The notes below the pieces were generated by a model. That model was not told the origin of the DNA and searched no databases. It saw nothing but the letters and a program-made list of their open reading frames with translations. A stretch of 63,885 bases of DNA, the filler included, from Reticulomyxa filosa (taxonomy: Eukaryota; Protista; Foraminifera): assembly GCA_000512085.1 (NCBI GenBank). It is 21 parts of 21 records of this genome, joined end to end, with 100 filler letters (N's around TTAATTAATTAA, not from the genome) between each part and the next. Parts side by side here need not be neighbours in the genome. Positions count along the whole stretch, not along the records: positions 1 to 9,368 come from ASPP01004404.1; positions 9,469 to 11,088 come from ASPP01000685.1; positions 11,189 to 13,231 come from ASPP01023522.1; 18 more parts are not named here. One strand, written 5' to 3'. Made by a program: the position numbers and the translations under genes. Shown in pieces: positions 1 through 12,475 of the stretch (positions within the stretch are counted from its first letter, which is position 1; each line of letters opens with the position of its first letter).

Positions 1-302
1 TAATCAAGTATCGACGTCCAAGATCAGTTCAAGAAATACTTCATTTTTTTTTAGATGCTCATATTAGCGCTAAACTCGCGAAACCAGTTCGCCCAAGCGC
101 ACACAAGCAAATATAAACTTCAAAATATCAAAAAAACAAATCATCTCAAATGTTGTAAGTATATATCAATCAGCTGTTGTGAAAACAATTTTGGCTCTTA
201 CATGTTGATCGTCAGTGTGATTACGTTATCGTTGCTCAACCGAATCATCTGAGTCCTTGTTTTCAAATTGTTAAAGTCTCATAAAATATTGAGATTCAAT
301 CT

Positions 303-388
303 CAACTAGTATTCAAAAAATTTTATATTACTATAAAAAAATTTACAGTAAAAAAATTTTATTTCTTTTAGTCTTTGTGACGATTTTG
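303..388 (-). repeat. Dispersed repeat homologous to the LINE 5' end at ~60639-60728
   Basis: Shared order: CAACTA(G/C)TAT..AAAAAATTTT, ACTATAAAAAAATT, AGTAAAAAAATTTT, GTCTT..TGACGATTTT. Confidence 0.6.
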
Positions 389-2254
389 CCACGAACTTTG
401 TACATGACAAATCAAATTAATTTTTCAAAATTCTTGCATTACCTTATTACGAATGACCGAATCAATTTATTTATCATTCGATAACAATATATTATCATAT
501 GCAGTGCTATTTGATATTTCATATTCATATGACAGTGTATATAGATTTATTAAGAAACAATACGATAAAAGAATTTGAATTGAAGGAAAAATGTATTTGT
601 GGTTAAATTGTTCAAGTTGTATTGAACGGAATTAAGAATATAACATGAATAAGTGAAATTATATCACAAGTGCATTCTATTTAGTAAAAAGTTTCCAAAT
701 CATAATCTGGCAATGGTATATCAATTGTGGAGAAGCAACCTCGATATTGAAAGTCATGTAAATATAAGTTGGTCCAACAAATGCAACTCTGATATTATAA
801 TTTTTTTATGCATAATGGCAAATATCGATTATTTGCACATCCTTTAGCTTCTTATTTTATTGATTATCGTAATATTCATCTTGGGTACTGTATTTTTATT
901 TATGCCTTTTCATTTTTTGTCTTTAAACCCCTCCTTCTCTTCATATTTCGTCTCTGATGATGTTTACTCACCAGATCACAATAGTGACCGCTATAAAACT
1001 TTCATTTACTTTCTTTTTCTTTGTCGATTTTTCTATTCGTTTTAATGTTCACAGTATTTATTGTTTTTCAAACAATCTTTGTTTCAATATTTTCTTTTGC
1101 TGCTTCCAGCTACATATTTTGTTTAATTCCACTATATATTTAGGTTTGTATTTATTAAGACAAATATATGATTAAATTCTATCCACTGTCTAAAAATTGA
1201 AGATTAGTTAGATTGTTTATGTTGATTTAGAAGCTTAGTTTTCGCATTATGCGAGGTAACTCCAAAATACACATTTTTAAAAACTTTTTTGCACAGAAAT
1301 AGACATATACTCTTGTGGAAAACTCACAAAATAAACCTTCAATTTTAAACAACCCAATCAAATACAAACCTTTGCCAATTTTTTGTCTCTTGTTTGCAAA
1401 CTTTGGGACAACAATTAATATTGCTTTTGCTGTAAAAATAATTTTAAAAGCAATGATTTGTTGAAGTGTAAACAAGAATAAAAAAAGATTGTTTTGTAAT
1501 CAAGCAAAGGTATTTATTCTTCAGCTTTTTAAAATTTTATTGTCACGTATGAACACTTTTTTTCTTTCCTCCAATGATCGTGGAAGCGATGTGGAGCCTT
1601 CATTTTTGAGTTTAAAGTTCATGCCCTCAATTTGTCGAGCCACAAATTACGGGCTTCATCCCTTAAAATTCAACACAATTCATTTGTCATTTTCAAAAAC
1701 AAATAAACAAAAAAAGATTGCTCAACGTCTCCATTTGAAAATGGTGCAACCGTCCATCTTTAGTAGCAATAAACAAAGAGGATTGCAGTGCTTCTAGGGG
1801 CGCCTTCACGACGTGGCCATTTTTTCCAAATAACTAATACACCTTATTTTGTATAAAAAAAATTGTTTGAATTGCCTCTTTCAAGAATAGAAAAAAAGTT
1901 ACTCAAACGAATTTGGGTCAACATCTACCAATGTGTCTTTAACGTAAAGGATGGCTCTTTTTGTTGTGTTTTTGTAAAAATGTATAAAAATTTGTCACAG
2001 ATATTTGAACAAAAAGAAAAATACAACGAAGAAAAGACTATGTTTGAAAAATTGACATTGCATAGGAACAAAAGCAGTCTTGGAAAGGGATTGAACGAAC
2101 GTCATAATGTTGTACTTGTGATTTGAATTTGTCGTATTGGCCTTGATTCTGTGAACAGTGAAGCATTTAACAAGCGCGAGAGACTGGGACAGGTAGACAA
2201 AGATAAGACAAAGCAAAACGTACCACAAAGAAGCATAGACAAGGGACTAATGGG

Positions 2255-5041
2255 TCATTTTTGGTATTGATAAGAAAGCCGGGTCTCTTTTGCACGGTGG
2301 TGGAAGTGGGTAACACATCCAAGATGACAAAGTATTTGGGCTTTCTGGATATCACTGCGGCCGAAAGTAAATTGGTTTGTATCAAGCGCATTGTGCCAGT
2401 GATGGATGGATTCAAACACGAATGCAATTTGAGTCTTGCAATATCCGTGGTTTTTGGAGGACCGAGGAGACTTGCTTACATTCACGTCAGTTACCACGTT
2501 GTTGTTTGCGAGGTCCATGGAACCTTTCAGTGTTATTTGCCGCGTTAGATTCGGCGTTTCGATTCCCTTCTTCGACATGTCAGACTCTTTTTTTGCTTCC
2601 TCATTCTGAGAGTCGAGCGCTACAACAGTGGTCGGAGTAATTTTTTGCTCTTTCAGAGACGGCGATTTTATATCCGCTTCGACAATGTGCACGTCCTTGT
2701 TCGATCGATAAAACCGCGTCAATGACCCGTTGGCATTGGTTTGGTTTGGAGTGTCCGCCTTGGTGGGAAGTGGACCATTGGGACTTACTCTGTTTTTCGG
2801 CGCTATTTTGTAGCTTGCATATTTACCACTATTTTCCAATGGCCCCTTTTTCATTTCATTCGCTCCGAGCGAATCCATTCGACTGATTTGGACAATGTCA
2901 CGACTGCCATCATTCGCATCCACATCCAAGTCCATATGCAGAGCTATATCATCATCAGTATCACTGTCATTCATATTAGCATTGGTATTGGTATTGGTAT
3001 TGGTATTGATATTGGTATTGGCATTGGTATTAACATTGCTATTGCCATTAACATTTGTATTGGCATTGATAGCATTCGCGTTTTCATTCGCTTTGAACCC
3101 ATGTATTTCATTTTCAGTTGTAACATTAAAATTGATATTGGAATTGATTTTTGTATCCCTACTGCTTTCATTCCCTTTATTCATTGGTTGCAACGAGCTT
3201 TCATTCGAGTTTGTGCGAAACGCATCCTTATTTATGTATTTGATTGACTTTATTTATTGAAAAGATGAAAATAGAAAAGACAAAAAAAAGTTGCTAAACG
3301 AGGAGCGTCTTCATTCGTGTGACTTCATTTTCCAATCGTTTGTTTTGTATCTGATAGCTATCGTATTTGTCCTTCCACTGCTGTAATTCATGTTTGACTT
3401 GTGTTAACTCGCGTTGGAGCGCTTCATTGTGTTGTTGAAGGGATAGGACGTGTGTTTGAGCGACGAGCAATTGGTCCAATTGCTTTTGTTTTTGTTCAGA
3501 GTCGGATTGCAACTGTTGACATTGCAATTTCGATTGGTCCAAGGCCTTATCTTTCAGTTGCAGTTGTTGAGTCAAATCGAGGCACTCTTTTTCCAGTTGA
3601 TTGGCATCCTGGTTACTTTTTAACAACTGCTGTCTGAGTTTGTTCGCTTCCTGCGCGTGTTGCAATGACGGTATTCCATAAGTTTCGATCCACAGTTTCA
3701 TTTGAAACAGCAGCGTTCGTTCAAAGTTTGACAGACGCGTTGCAGTTGGTGTGGACGATAAGGAGGGGACGAGTACCGTTGCTCGGCGTGTTTGCATTGA
3801 TGGGGACAAAGTATTCCATGTTGATATTGGCCACAGGGATATCGTGTTCAATGACATCCCAATGAGGAACGCTCGCCTTCATTTTATTGCGCTGCTCTTG
3901 TATGAATATATACCACTCCAATCGATTGGATTGCTTCTCCTCTTCTTCGTCTTCTTTCTCCTTTTCTTCGAGTATCTTTTCGCTCACTTCAAAGTCGCCA
4001 TCGCCATAGCCCGTCCGCAACAACGATGTCACGCTGGCGTTGGTAAACCTCCGCCAATCCATTGACTCCTTTGCACTCGTGTGCTCACGTCGAGCTGTCT
4101 CTTCGTTGGCTTCGTTTGCATTCATCTCGAGTTCCTCTTTCAATTGAGATATCGCCCGTTCCCGGGTTTTGTAATCCTCCGATCTTTTCTTCACATGAAC
4201 AGAATGGGTCGATTCTGGGGTATTTGGTTCTGTATACGAGCTGTCCCCATTCTTTTTTTTTTTTTATAAGAATGAAAAAAAAAAAAAAAGAAGGACGAAA
4301 ATGAAGAGAACAAACTGGGGATACACATACATTTGTGTTTGAATTAATAGTTGCACTGTTCGATTGCTGTTGTGCTATGCTTTCAACAATTTCCGAAGAA
4401 ACTTGCTCATTTTTTTCTGCAAACTTGGCTAACGCTTCCTCAAAGTTGTTATATCGTCCGGATGCGCGTTTTGTCCAGCTCTGCCTTTTTTTTTTTTATT
4501 CCATTGTTTTTTCCTTCCCTTTTTTTTAAAAAAATTTTTTTGGTGTCAAAGTGTAATATGCTAACAATCGTTTTACACTTTGGTTTGTTGATTGGTTGCG
4601 ACTTTTGACAGTGGTCTACATAACTAATGACTCAAGTGCAGGTTTACTCGGTTTTGAGGAGAGGGATGGCATGGTTGGTGATGAGTTTTCTTTTGTCTTT
4701 GTCTCCTTCTTCTCGGTCTCTACGATCGAATGCTCGTTGGCTTGACTAAGCGTCTCTTTCTTTTCTCCGTTCAGTTTTAATGGTTGGACTGGCTGAAGTG
4801 GCCTGGATAAGCTTGGTTCTACCTTTAGAGTGGACTCTGAACTCATGCTCGTTTCTGGTGCAGAAGAATTCTGTCGTTCGTTTACATCCCGTTTATCGAA
4901 AACTTATTGTTCTTTCGTTGTTTCAAACACATACACACCCTCCTTCTTAGAGACGAACATTTTTTTCGCTTTGGAATTAACATCATTGTCATCTATCTTC
5001 ATTTCATTTCCCCGCTTGGAGATGCGCTTTAGGAAATTCAT
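2255..5041 (-). CDS. Multi-exon hypothetical protein with coiled-coil (Q/E/K-rich) and Asn/Thr low-complexity regions
   Basis: ATG at 5041 (MNFLKRISK). ORFs 4616-4846, 3721-4194, 3294-3857 and 2255-3193 can be joined; the GT-AG intron 3227-3299 is in phase. One apparent frameshift at a C-run near 3765. Confidence 0.65.
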
Positions 5042-5281
5042 TGGTATATATACCTAGTTTTTTTGTCTGTTTTCTTGGATGAGCACTATCCCCAATTACG
5101 TCAATCCAAGAATTTTATTTACAATATTATTTTGTTGTTTGTCTGCCGACATTTGTGCTAGTTTTTTACTCCTCTTTTAACTATTATTTGTTAAAACAAA
5201 AACCAGCGTCTAAGTTTTTTTTTTTTTTTGCTTCCCCTGTCATCCTTCCGTATCAAGATCTAGGCTCTCTTCTCTGGTATC

Positions 5282-6587
5282 ATGTCAATTTCTTATTTGG
5301 CAAAATCAAGAGCCCCTTGGATACAATTTTCAAGTCCTTCCTTGCATAGATTTAGTCAATTAGGTTTAACTCGAAGCCGGTACTACTGTTCATCGAATGC
5401 CGGCTCAAATTCAAACCCAACTACACCACCCAAAGATACTTCACAAGTATAGGAGAGCTCGTTAACTTGTGGGTCTTTGTAAAAAAAAAAATAAATAACA
5501 ATCACCTCGCGACAACAACACCGACACATTTTCAATGACGTGATGTAAATGTGTAATATGTGTACGAACAAAGAAAAGCACATCGGTCCCTGGTGGCATA
5601 TACAACCGCCAAGTGGAAGGTGACTCACTGACGAGCAAAGAGAATGAGGACATCCGCAATCAAGGTCCAGTGAAGGGCGTGGACGCGTTGAAACTCGTAT
5701 TGGCCTATCGCAATCGAAGCATCGGCAATCCAGGAGACGACCGTGTGAGACCGGAGGAAATCGCGGAGAAGTTGCCGGGAGTGGAGGCGCGTTGGGATCC
5801 AAAGTACAAACTCGGCATCCGACGATCTACCTTTCGTTGGATTGCAATCTCTTTGAGTGTTGCCATTGCCATTGCATTGCATTTGTATCTCAAGCCAGAA
5901 AAAGCGGTTTGCATTTCATTTTACATTTGTCCCCCCATTCTCTTTGAAATAAATACATTGTTTCTTTTGTCCAAATAAAAGACTCCAGAGATTGAGCGAC
6001 GAAATATGATCTTCTTTGCACGACTGAACGCGAGTAAAGATACTATTGTGACATTTTCTGGTTTAATGTATCGAGTTATGTGTGTGTGTAATCCGTCTTT
6101 GCAAAGACTTTTTTTTAAAAGTCCGTTTTGTATTATCTTTGTTTAGATACTTTATCAAGACAAAGGCGATCAGGATTTGTATTCGACGGCCACTCCTGAT
6201 CCCAAAAAACACTCAGTCAAGATCCATTACGAAGGTCGATATATGGACGGCAAGGTGTTCGACACCAGTTATAACACCCAACCCTGCGTTTTTGTTGCTG
6301 ATTCACTCATTCCTGGTTAGCTTTGTATCTCTTCCTTTTTTTAAAAAAAAAAATCTTCGAATACAAATATGACAAAAAAAAAAAAAAAAGGTTTACATCA
6401 AGGATTGTCTCAAATGACACGTGGGTCAGAATTTGAGTTTTATGTCCCCCCACATTTGGGATACGGCGAGAAAGGATCCAATTTTATACCTCCTCATGAA
6501 CCATTGATCTTCAAAATCAAACTGATCGACTTTTGGACTGATAACAACAAATGGGAACCAAAACAGAGATTAAATTTCAACGTATAA
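5282..6587 (+). CDS. Mip/FkpA-like FKBP peptidyl-prolyl isomerase, probably mitochondrial with one TM segment
   Basis: Exons encode TFSGLMYR, VKIHYEGRYMDGKVFDTSY and GLHQGLSQMTRGSEFEFYVPPHLGYGEKG..IPPHEPLIFKIKL (FKBP motifs). Exon 1 (5282-5446) is R/S-rich and acid-free up to RYYCSS. Hydrophobic segment WIAISLSVAIAIALHLYL. Confidence 0.88.
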
Positions 6588-7022
6588 CCATTTTAGTTTG
6601 TCATTCAACTATTCTTTGTGAGGTGTTTTTTTTCTTTCGGACTTCTTGCTGAACATGATTGTGTTTTTCTTTGTCTCCTGACGGTTAACACTAATTTTGT
6701 CCCTTCTTTCGGATCACTATCTCTAAATTTTTTTTTTTTTTTGCAACTTGCCTCATTTTAATCTCGAACACTATTCTGTCTGCCGGTCTATGTACAAAGA
6801 GGGTAGAAATTCATAAAAATCCTCCCCAAAAAAACGTTTAACTAAAGGGAACTTTTGTGCTAACCTAGCTCTCAAACCTTTTTTTTGTCGTTGTCTGCCT
6901 TTCAAAAAGAAAAAAAAACGCTTTTCTCAATTTTTCAGCTATCCAACGCTTGCAGGCACACGATATTCACATTATCTTAAAGAGTAAAGAATATTGTCAG
7001 GTCAATACAAGTCCTTTTGACT

Positions 7023-9250
7023 ATGGCTGAAGTTAACCCCCAAAACGACAATCCGTCAAACCAAGTGGTAAAAGTCAAGGAAGAAAAGAAAGAAAACAAT
7101 CAAAATTATTTGATTCAATGTGTCGCCTGTTGTCGAACTTTTCGCACACAAGCGCAATGTTAATTTTGTGTTGTCGTTGATTCGGGTTGTGGCATTTTAC
7201 TCCAAATATGTCAATCAAAAAAAAATACGCACACCAAAATTTTTTAAATGTTTAAAACACGCTTTTAATACTTTGTAATACGCCAGGGGAGAGAATAACG
7301 TATATAAACGAGTGTGTCTCTCATTTGTGATAACTGTGTACAGTTGGCCAGCATTCAAGGGTATGTGCACATGGCGGCAAAAAATGCAGGAAGATATTTG
7401 CAGTTTAGTTTTTTTGTAAGCATGTGTATGTGTGTGTGTGTTTTTTTTTTTTTTATGATCCTCCATTCCTTTTGATTGAAACACAAAAAAAAAATTTTTT
7501 TAACATAAAAAAAAAACGACAACGTTTGATAAATCGAAAACAAAAGCATCATAACTACCAGTGTAGTTTTTTAATCAAAGGAAAATCGGAATTAGAAGTT
7601 ATGTATACACATATACACACAAATATACACAAACAAGTAAAAAAAAAAACAATGTCTTTTCAAAAAAAAAAAAAAAAAATTGAAATTTGCTTGGCTGTTG
7701 GATTTGTAATGACAAATAGATAAAAACGCGTTACTTGATGAAATGCAGTTTCAAAGAGTGGGGCGACTTGCGGAAAAATGTGTTTACGGATGAATGGATG
7801 AAAGAACTGCTGACAATGAATGATGTAAACAATGTTCGCATCAGTGCACGTAAAAAAAAAATGGCCAAGGACGGCACGGTAATTGTGAATTTCATTGCCC
7901 CACGTGTTGGCAAAGACACCGAGGCCATTCATTGTGCCAAGTCCAATTTATGCAAAGCTGTGGGATTGTTTGCGAGTGCAGTGGCCAAGCATGTTTCGTA
8001 AATTGTATTATTTGTTTGTTTGTTTTTTTTTTATAAATAAAATTGAGTAGCGTTGACCCAATGTCGAGAACGTCCCTTTTGTGGATGGGTTTGTTTTTTT
8101 TTTGGGGAAAAGGGATTAGTAATAGAAATCCACATGTGCCAATGGGAAGGATGCACAGATATTGTAGTGAGGGACACGGAAGGGTTTTGCTCGCGTCACC
8201 GTCAACAAAAATACCACAAAGGCAGGGACAAATCGAACAAGTTGAAGAAAAAAAGCGAGGCCAAGATGGGTGACAGCAGCGAGGCGAACAACACGACGGA
8301 GAGCTGCGAGCACGAGCGCGACGTACAAGCCCAGTATTTGCGAGCGGACGCCCTAATTGTGTCGAGCGATAGTGTCGACAAGAAAGTCAAGTTCGAACCG
8401 TACGAAAGTCAAGACAATGTCCATTTCAATCCATCCCACCATCATCACTTGCATGGCCTTGTGTCTGATTCTGCGGCGCAAGTACCCCTGGTCCCGTCCG
8501 CAAGACTGCCACCGCCCATACCTGCCATTATGTCATCGACTTCCATGCCAACGTCGACATCAGCATTAGCATCAACAACATCAGCATTAGCATCAACATC
8601 AACATCAACATCAACATCAACGTCAACACTAATGTCAACATCAACGGTAACACCAATGACATCCACAGCAATCGCGACAACGTCAGCATCAATAGCAGTG
8701 CCCATACCGAAACCAGTGTCCGTGCCGATGCCAATGCCAATGCCAATGTCAATATCAATGCCAATGCAAATGCCGATGCAAATGCAAATGCAAATGCCCA
8801 TGTCGGTGCCCATGCAGATGCCAATGCAAATGCCCATGTCAATGCAAATTCCCGTGTCAATGTCGATGAAGACGGTTCCTGAACCGTCGTCCACGCCCGT
8901 GAAGATGCAATTCCCGATCGCCTTGTCTACGGAAAGGCAAGTCGAAAGTGTCAAACCGCTGGCGTCATGGATGAGCGAGAACGGCAATGGCAATGGCAAT
9001 GGCTGCAGCAACAGTGGTAATCACAATAACCAGCGCTGGTTTGGTGGCCAATCCGAAAGTCCAATGCTATTCAAGTCGGACCATTCCACGTTACCGTCCA
9101 ACATCGAGACGCGATTGTCGTCATTCCCTATTCATCCTAGACAAGACAGTATACTTCTCCAAAAGCTATTGGATACCAGCGTATCGACAAACGGCATCGC
9201 CACCAACATTAACAGCAACAGTAATACCAATACTGTCATGCCTGTTGTTA
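7023..9250 (+). CDS. Multi-exon hypothetical protein with a C-x4-C...C-x2-H zinc-finger-like motif and S/T and MP/MQ repeats (3' partial)
   Basis: MAEVNPQ.. at 7023; ORFs 7735-8001 and 8053-9250; CQWEGC...GFCSRH; hexamer-coded (MP/MQ)n. Confidence 0.55.
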
Positions 9251-9368
9251 CGTATAACACACGTCTTGCTTTGCTTTTGTATACGTTTCTTTTGATGTGT
9301 CTGTACTTTTTTTTGTTACATACAAAAAAAAAAAAAAAAAAATTCGTTAGAGGGGGAAAAAAAAAAAA

Positions 9369-9468
9369 NNNNNNNNNNNNNNNNNNNNNNNNNNNNNNNN
9401 NNNNNNNNNNNNTTAATTAATTAANNNNNNNNNNNNNNNNNNNNNNNNNNNNNNNNNNNNNNNNNNNN
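9369..9468. other. Artificial contig spacer N44-TTAATTAATTAA-N44 (first of 20; others start at 11089, 13232, 15432, 16720, 18204, 20313, 30907, 32407, 34667, 38350, 41501, 44295, 47318, 49448, 50572, 51837, 59293, 60768, 61868)
   Basis: Identical 100-bp block each time, with a six-frame stop linker. Composition and genes change abruptly across it. Confidence 0.99.
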
Positions 9469-11188
9469 AAAGTTAGTATTGTTCTGAATAAAACAATGGA
9501 TTATTGCTTAATCAAAAAATGCATTATACACGCACTATTATGAAAATAATTACAAATTAGATAAATACGAAATAAAAGTATTTGCCCACATTAAGTATAT
9601 TGAAATACATCACGATGACAAAACAAAGCATTTTTTCTTTGATTTCACAATTATAAAATAATCAAAGTATGAATTGTGCAAAATATCAAATTAATTTTCA
9701 AAAATCCTGTGAAAGTGTGCATTCTGTCAAGGGTAATTTTAATCAATTTTATATTGTGCTTTTGCGCAAAGACGTTGGGCTGTTTAGAATAATTCAAGTG
9801 TCTTGATTATTACAACTGGCTTTAGATAGTAAGCATTGAATAAAAACCAATTTGGAATCTCGTTCCTTATGTTCTCATTAGACAATTTTGTCAACAAGAC
9901 ATATCAAGCCGTATTCAAAACAGAAAAATGTCAAAATGGTAATGGGGTGCATTATCAAAAACAGTATCTTCTCTTGCGTCAAGATATGAACGATCAATAA
10001 TTCAAAAAAATACAATTAAATAAAGAGGTTATTCGATATCTCAGGAATAGTTCACCTAAGGTACTAAAAAATTTTCAGAATTGAAGTGCACTAATTCAAT
10101 CATTGTCCTGTATTGAAATATGTGAAACAATAATTTGTTAAAACAAAGAGAAAAGAAGACACATAAAAATGTATTGTTACGTGTTCTCTGTTAGCCATGT
10201 TAAGTGTATTGTTAACATTTTCATTAGACCATTTCAATGCATCTGAAATGATGTCCTCATTTATCTTGGAGAGCGTTTTTTGAAGTTGTGCAAGCATGAT
10301 AATGAAGTTACTTTCAAAGCAATGCCCCTTTTTTTTTATCTATTTTAAAATAAAAAACTAACGCAAAAAATAATTAAAGAGAAAATTTATAAAAGATTTT
10401 TGTTTTAAGAAATAAAAATTTGTTACACATTATTGCCCTTCTTGTAGTGAAAGATATGTGCATTAATTTAAGCTGAAAAAAAGGCGAAACGTTGAAACAG
10501 ATTATTTTATAAAAACCAATGTCAGCTTTTAATTTGCCAATATTATAAATTGATTTAATCAATGTATTTGAAGATTAGCTCAGCAAGATCAACATCAACA
10601 GATGAAACACTGTCTATGTTAGAACTGAGGTAAATATGACAATCAAATTCGAAATTGAAACGAGAGAAAAATTTGATATCGAGAAGTAATAGTTTTACAT
10701 TCAACTAAACATAAAAGATCGTTGCGACATCATATATCTGTCAGTAATGTACAACTTTTTTGATCTACAGATAGATATAACAAAACAATTTAATGCTTGG
10801 GTTAGCAATGCTAACAATTTTTCAAGTATACGTTTTTCTCTCAGAAAAATATGGCAGATTATAACTATACTTTTGCCTGAGAAAATAATTGAAGATATTG
10901 AGTAGTAAAGAAAGGAAGAGCTAATGATAATGCAAATAATAATATATTATATCTTCAAGTAAAATATCTTCCTTTCACACAAATAGGAATTTGATGGCAT
11001 TTTTTCCATAAACAATGAATAGCTTACAAAAAAAACTCTTGTCGACTCCAAAAGTTTTTTAAGTATTTTTTTTTAGAGAAGATTGAAANNNNNNNNNNNN
11101 NNNNNNNNNNNNNNNNNNNNNNNNNNNNNNNNTTAATTAATTAANNNNNNNNNNNNNNNNNNNNNNNNNNNNNNNNNNNNNNNNNNNN

Positions 11189-11360
11189 GGCTGGTAGTTG
11201 TCGGCGGTGCGGCTCCAGTCATCCCAGATGGGAAACCGGCCTCGCCCAGCTCCGATTTCACGGCCATGCCGTGCATTACCCACTTGTCGCGGTCGTGGGC
11301 GTCTAGGTAAGCCAGTGCAGCGCGGATATAGTCGCCTGGCGCTCGGTACGGGGCATTCAT
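11189..11360 (-). CDS. PriCT-2 domain primase/helicase, N-terminal part (truncated; 1-nt frameshift at a C-run)
   Basis: IRAALAYLDAHDRDKWVMHGMAVKSELGEAGF + PIWDDWSRTADNY, the PriCT-2 pattern. Confidence 0.8.
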
Positions 11361-11662
11361 GCGGCACCCCCTTGCTGGTCGATCTGGGCCATTAGCTGGC
11401 TGAGTTTGTGGCACACGGCGATATCGTCAGCCACAGCAGCCGCTGCTGCTGCATAGCAGGCCACCACTACCAGAAAGCCACGCCGGCTATCTGGTGGCAA
11501 ACCGTTCAGGGCGTCGGCCAGCCAGTACGGCGTTACCGCTTCACCGGCTCGTGCCTGGGCGCGGATACGGTCTAGCACTTCAACAGCCAGGGCCGCACCG
11601 CAGCGATACGCCGGCAAGCCGGTGGCCTTGCCCGCTGGCAGGGCAATCAGTTTCTTGTCCAT
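11357..11662 (-). CDS. Hypothetical phage protein
   Basis: GAGG RBS, 101 aa, stop overlaps the primase start. Confidence 0.65.
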   Translation of the reverse strand: MDKKLIALPAGKATGLPAYRCGAALAVEVLDRIRAQARAGEAVTPYWLADALNGLPPDSRRGFLVVVACYAAAAAAVADDIAVCHKLSQLMAQIDQQGGAA

Positions 11663-11672
11663 GTTGTTACCT

Positions 11673-12056
11673 CTACGGCAGGGGCGTGGCAGGCGTAACG
11701 GCCTGCTGCTGGGTCAGGGCCTGGGCGAGGGCAGCCAGTAGTGTGCTGGTGTCCCCTACGCGCTCCAGGTGAATGCTGCTGTCAGCGAAGGCCGTCAGGG
11801 TGACGATGGCCGCAGGCCGGGTAATACCGGGGCGGCGCAGGGACAAGGCGACCTGCTTAATCGCCTGCTTTTGGGCAAGGATGCGGCACAGCACGTCCTG
11901 CATGGCGTCAAGGTCGCCATCCCGCTGGATGCTGACATGGCCATCAGCAAAGGCGGTCAGGGTGATGGCTGCCACCGGCTGGGGCTTCATGGTGATAACA
12001 GCTACTGGGGCAAGGGTGGCGGCGACAGTTACGCCGCTGGCGGTGGTGGTGTTCAT
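11673..12056 (-). CDS. Hypothetical phage protein with an internal duplicated module
   Basis: GGAGGTG RBS and ATGA coupling; repeats AAITLTAFADGHVSIQRDGD and AIVTLTAFADSSIHLERVGD. Confidence 0.7.
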   Translation of the reverse strand: MNTTTASGVTVAATLAPVAVITMKPQPVAAITLTAFADGHVSIQRDGDLDAMQDVLCRILAQKQAIKQVALSLRRPGITRPAAIVTLTAFADSSIHLERVGDTSTLLAALAQALTQQQAVTPATPLP

Positions 12057-12232
12057 GCTTTCACCTCCGACACGGTGAAACCCTGGGCAGCGGGGGCAAT
12101 GGCCACGCGCTTGCCTTGCGACACCAGCAGACGCGCCATAGCGCATGCCTGGGCATGGGTCGGTACGGTAGATACAGGAACAGAGAAAACAGGGAACAGG
12201 GCGCGAACGACGCGCAGGGCGATGCTAGGCAT
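12053..12232 (-). CDS. Small phage ORF controlled by the antisense RNA (Icd/Kil position); the longer in-frame 12053-12511 reading resembles an Ash-family annotation
   Basis: GAGGAGG RBS 5 nt before ATG 12232 (MPSIALRVVR..). The second target pair a2/b2 overlaps the RBS. Confidence 0.65.
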   Translation of the reverse strand: MPSIALRVVRALFPVFSVPVSTVPTHAQACAMARLLVSQGKRVAIAPAAQGFTVSEVKA

Positions 12233-12283
12233 GGTGGCCTCCTCTACGAGCTGATAACCCGACTCCTCGCCGCCAAGCAGGGA

Positions 12284-12361
12284 GGCAGGCACGTGGCAGG
12301 GTTGGCGGACCGGCATAGAGGAACCGGCGCGTGCAAGCACGCCCCCACCACGGCCCGCCAT
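12284..12361 (-). ncRNA. C4/CI-like antisense RNA
   Basis: Closing stems GGCGGGC/GCCTGCC and CGTGGTGGG/CCCTGCCACG; hairpin GCGTGC-TT-GCACGC; loop CCTCTATG and single-stranded CCGCCAA complementary to the flanking targets. Confidence 0.8.
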
Positions 12362-12397
12362 AGAAAAGGGCGCACCAATGGTGTTACGGACGGACAT

Positions 12398-12470
12398 AAA
12401 AATAGCCGCAAGGCGGCTGTCCGCCTCTATGTTCGGGCCGCCAAGCCCGGTGCCGCTATTGAACGGCACG
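12398..12470 (-). promoter_or_regulatory. Upstream antisense target (a1/b1-type leader) with attenuator-like hairpin
   Basis: Hairpin GTGCCG/CGGCAC; hairpin CGGGC..GCCCG presenting TTGGCGG (12444-12438); CATAGAGG (12431-12424); AGCCGC-CTT-GCGGCT followed by ATTTTT. Confidence 0.75.
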
Positions 12471-12475
12471 GGGGC

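Noticed and set aside
8445-9011. Overlapping antisense genes (also 2741-3260, 21516-21992, 32544-32942)
   Set aside because: Shadow ORFs produced by stop-free tri/hexanucleotide repeats
9413-9424. Recurrent TTAATTAATTAA palindrome as a biological repeat or array
   Set aside because: Always embedded in exactly 44+44 N; it is an artificial linker
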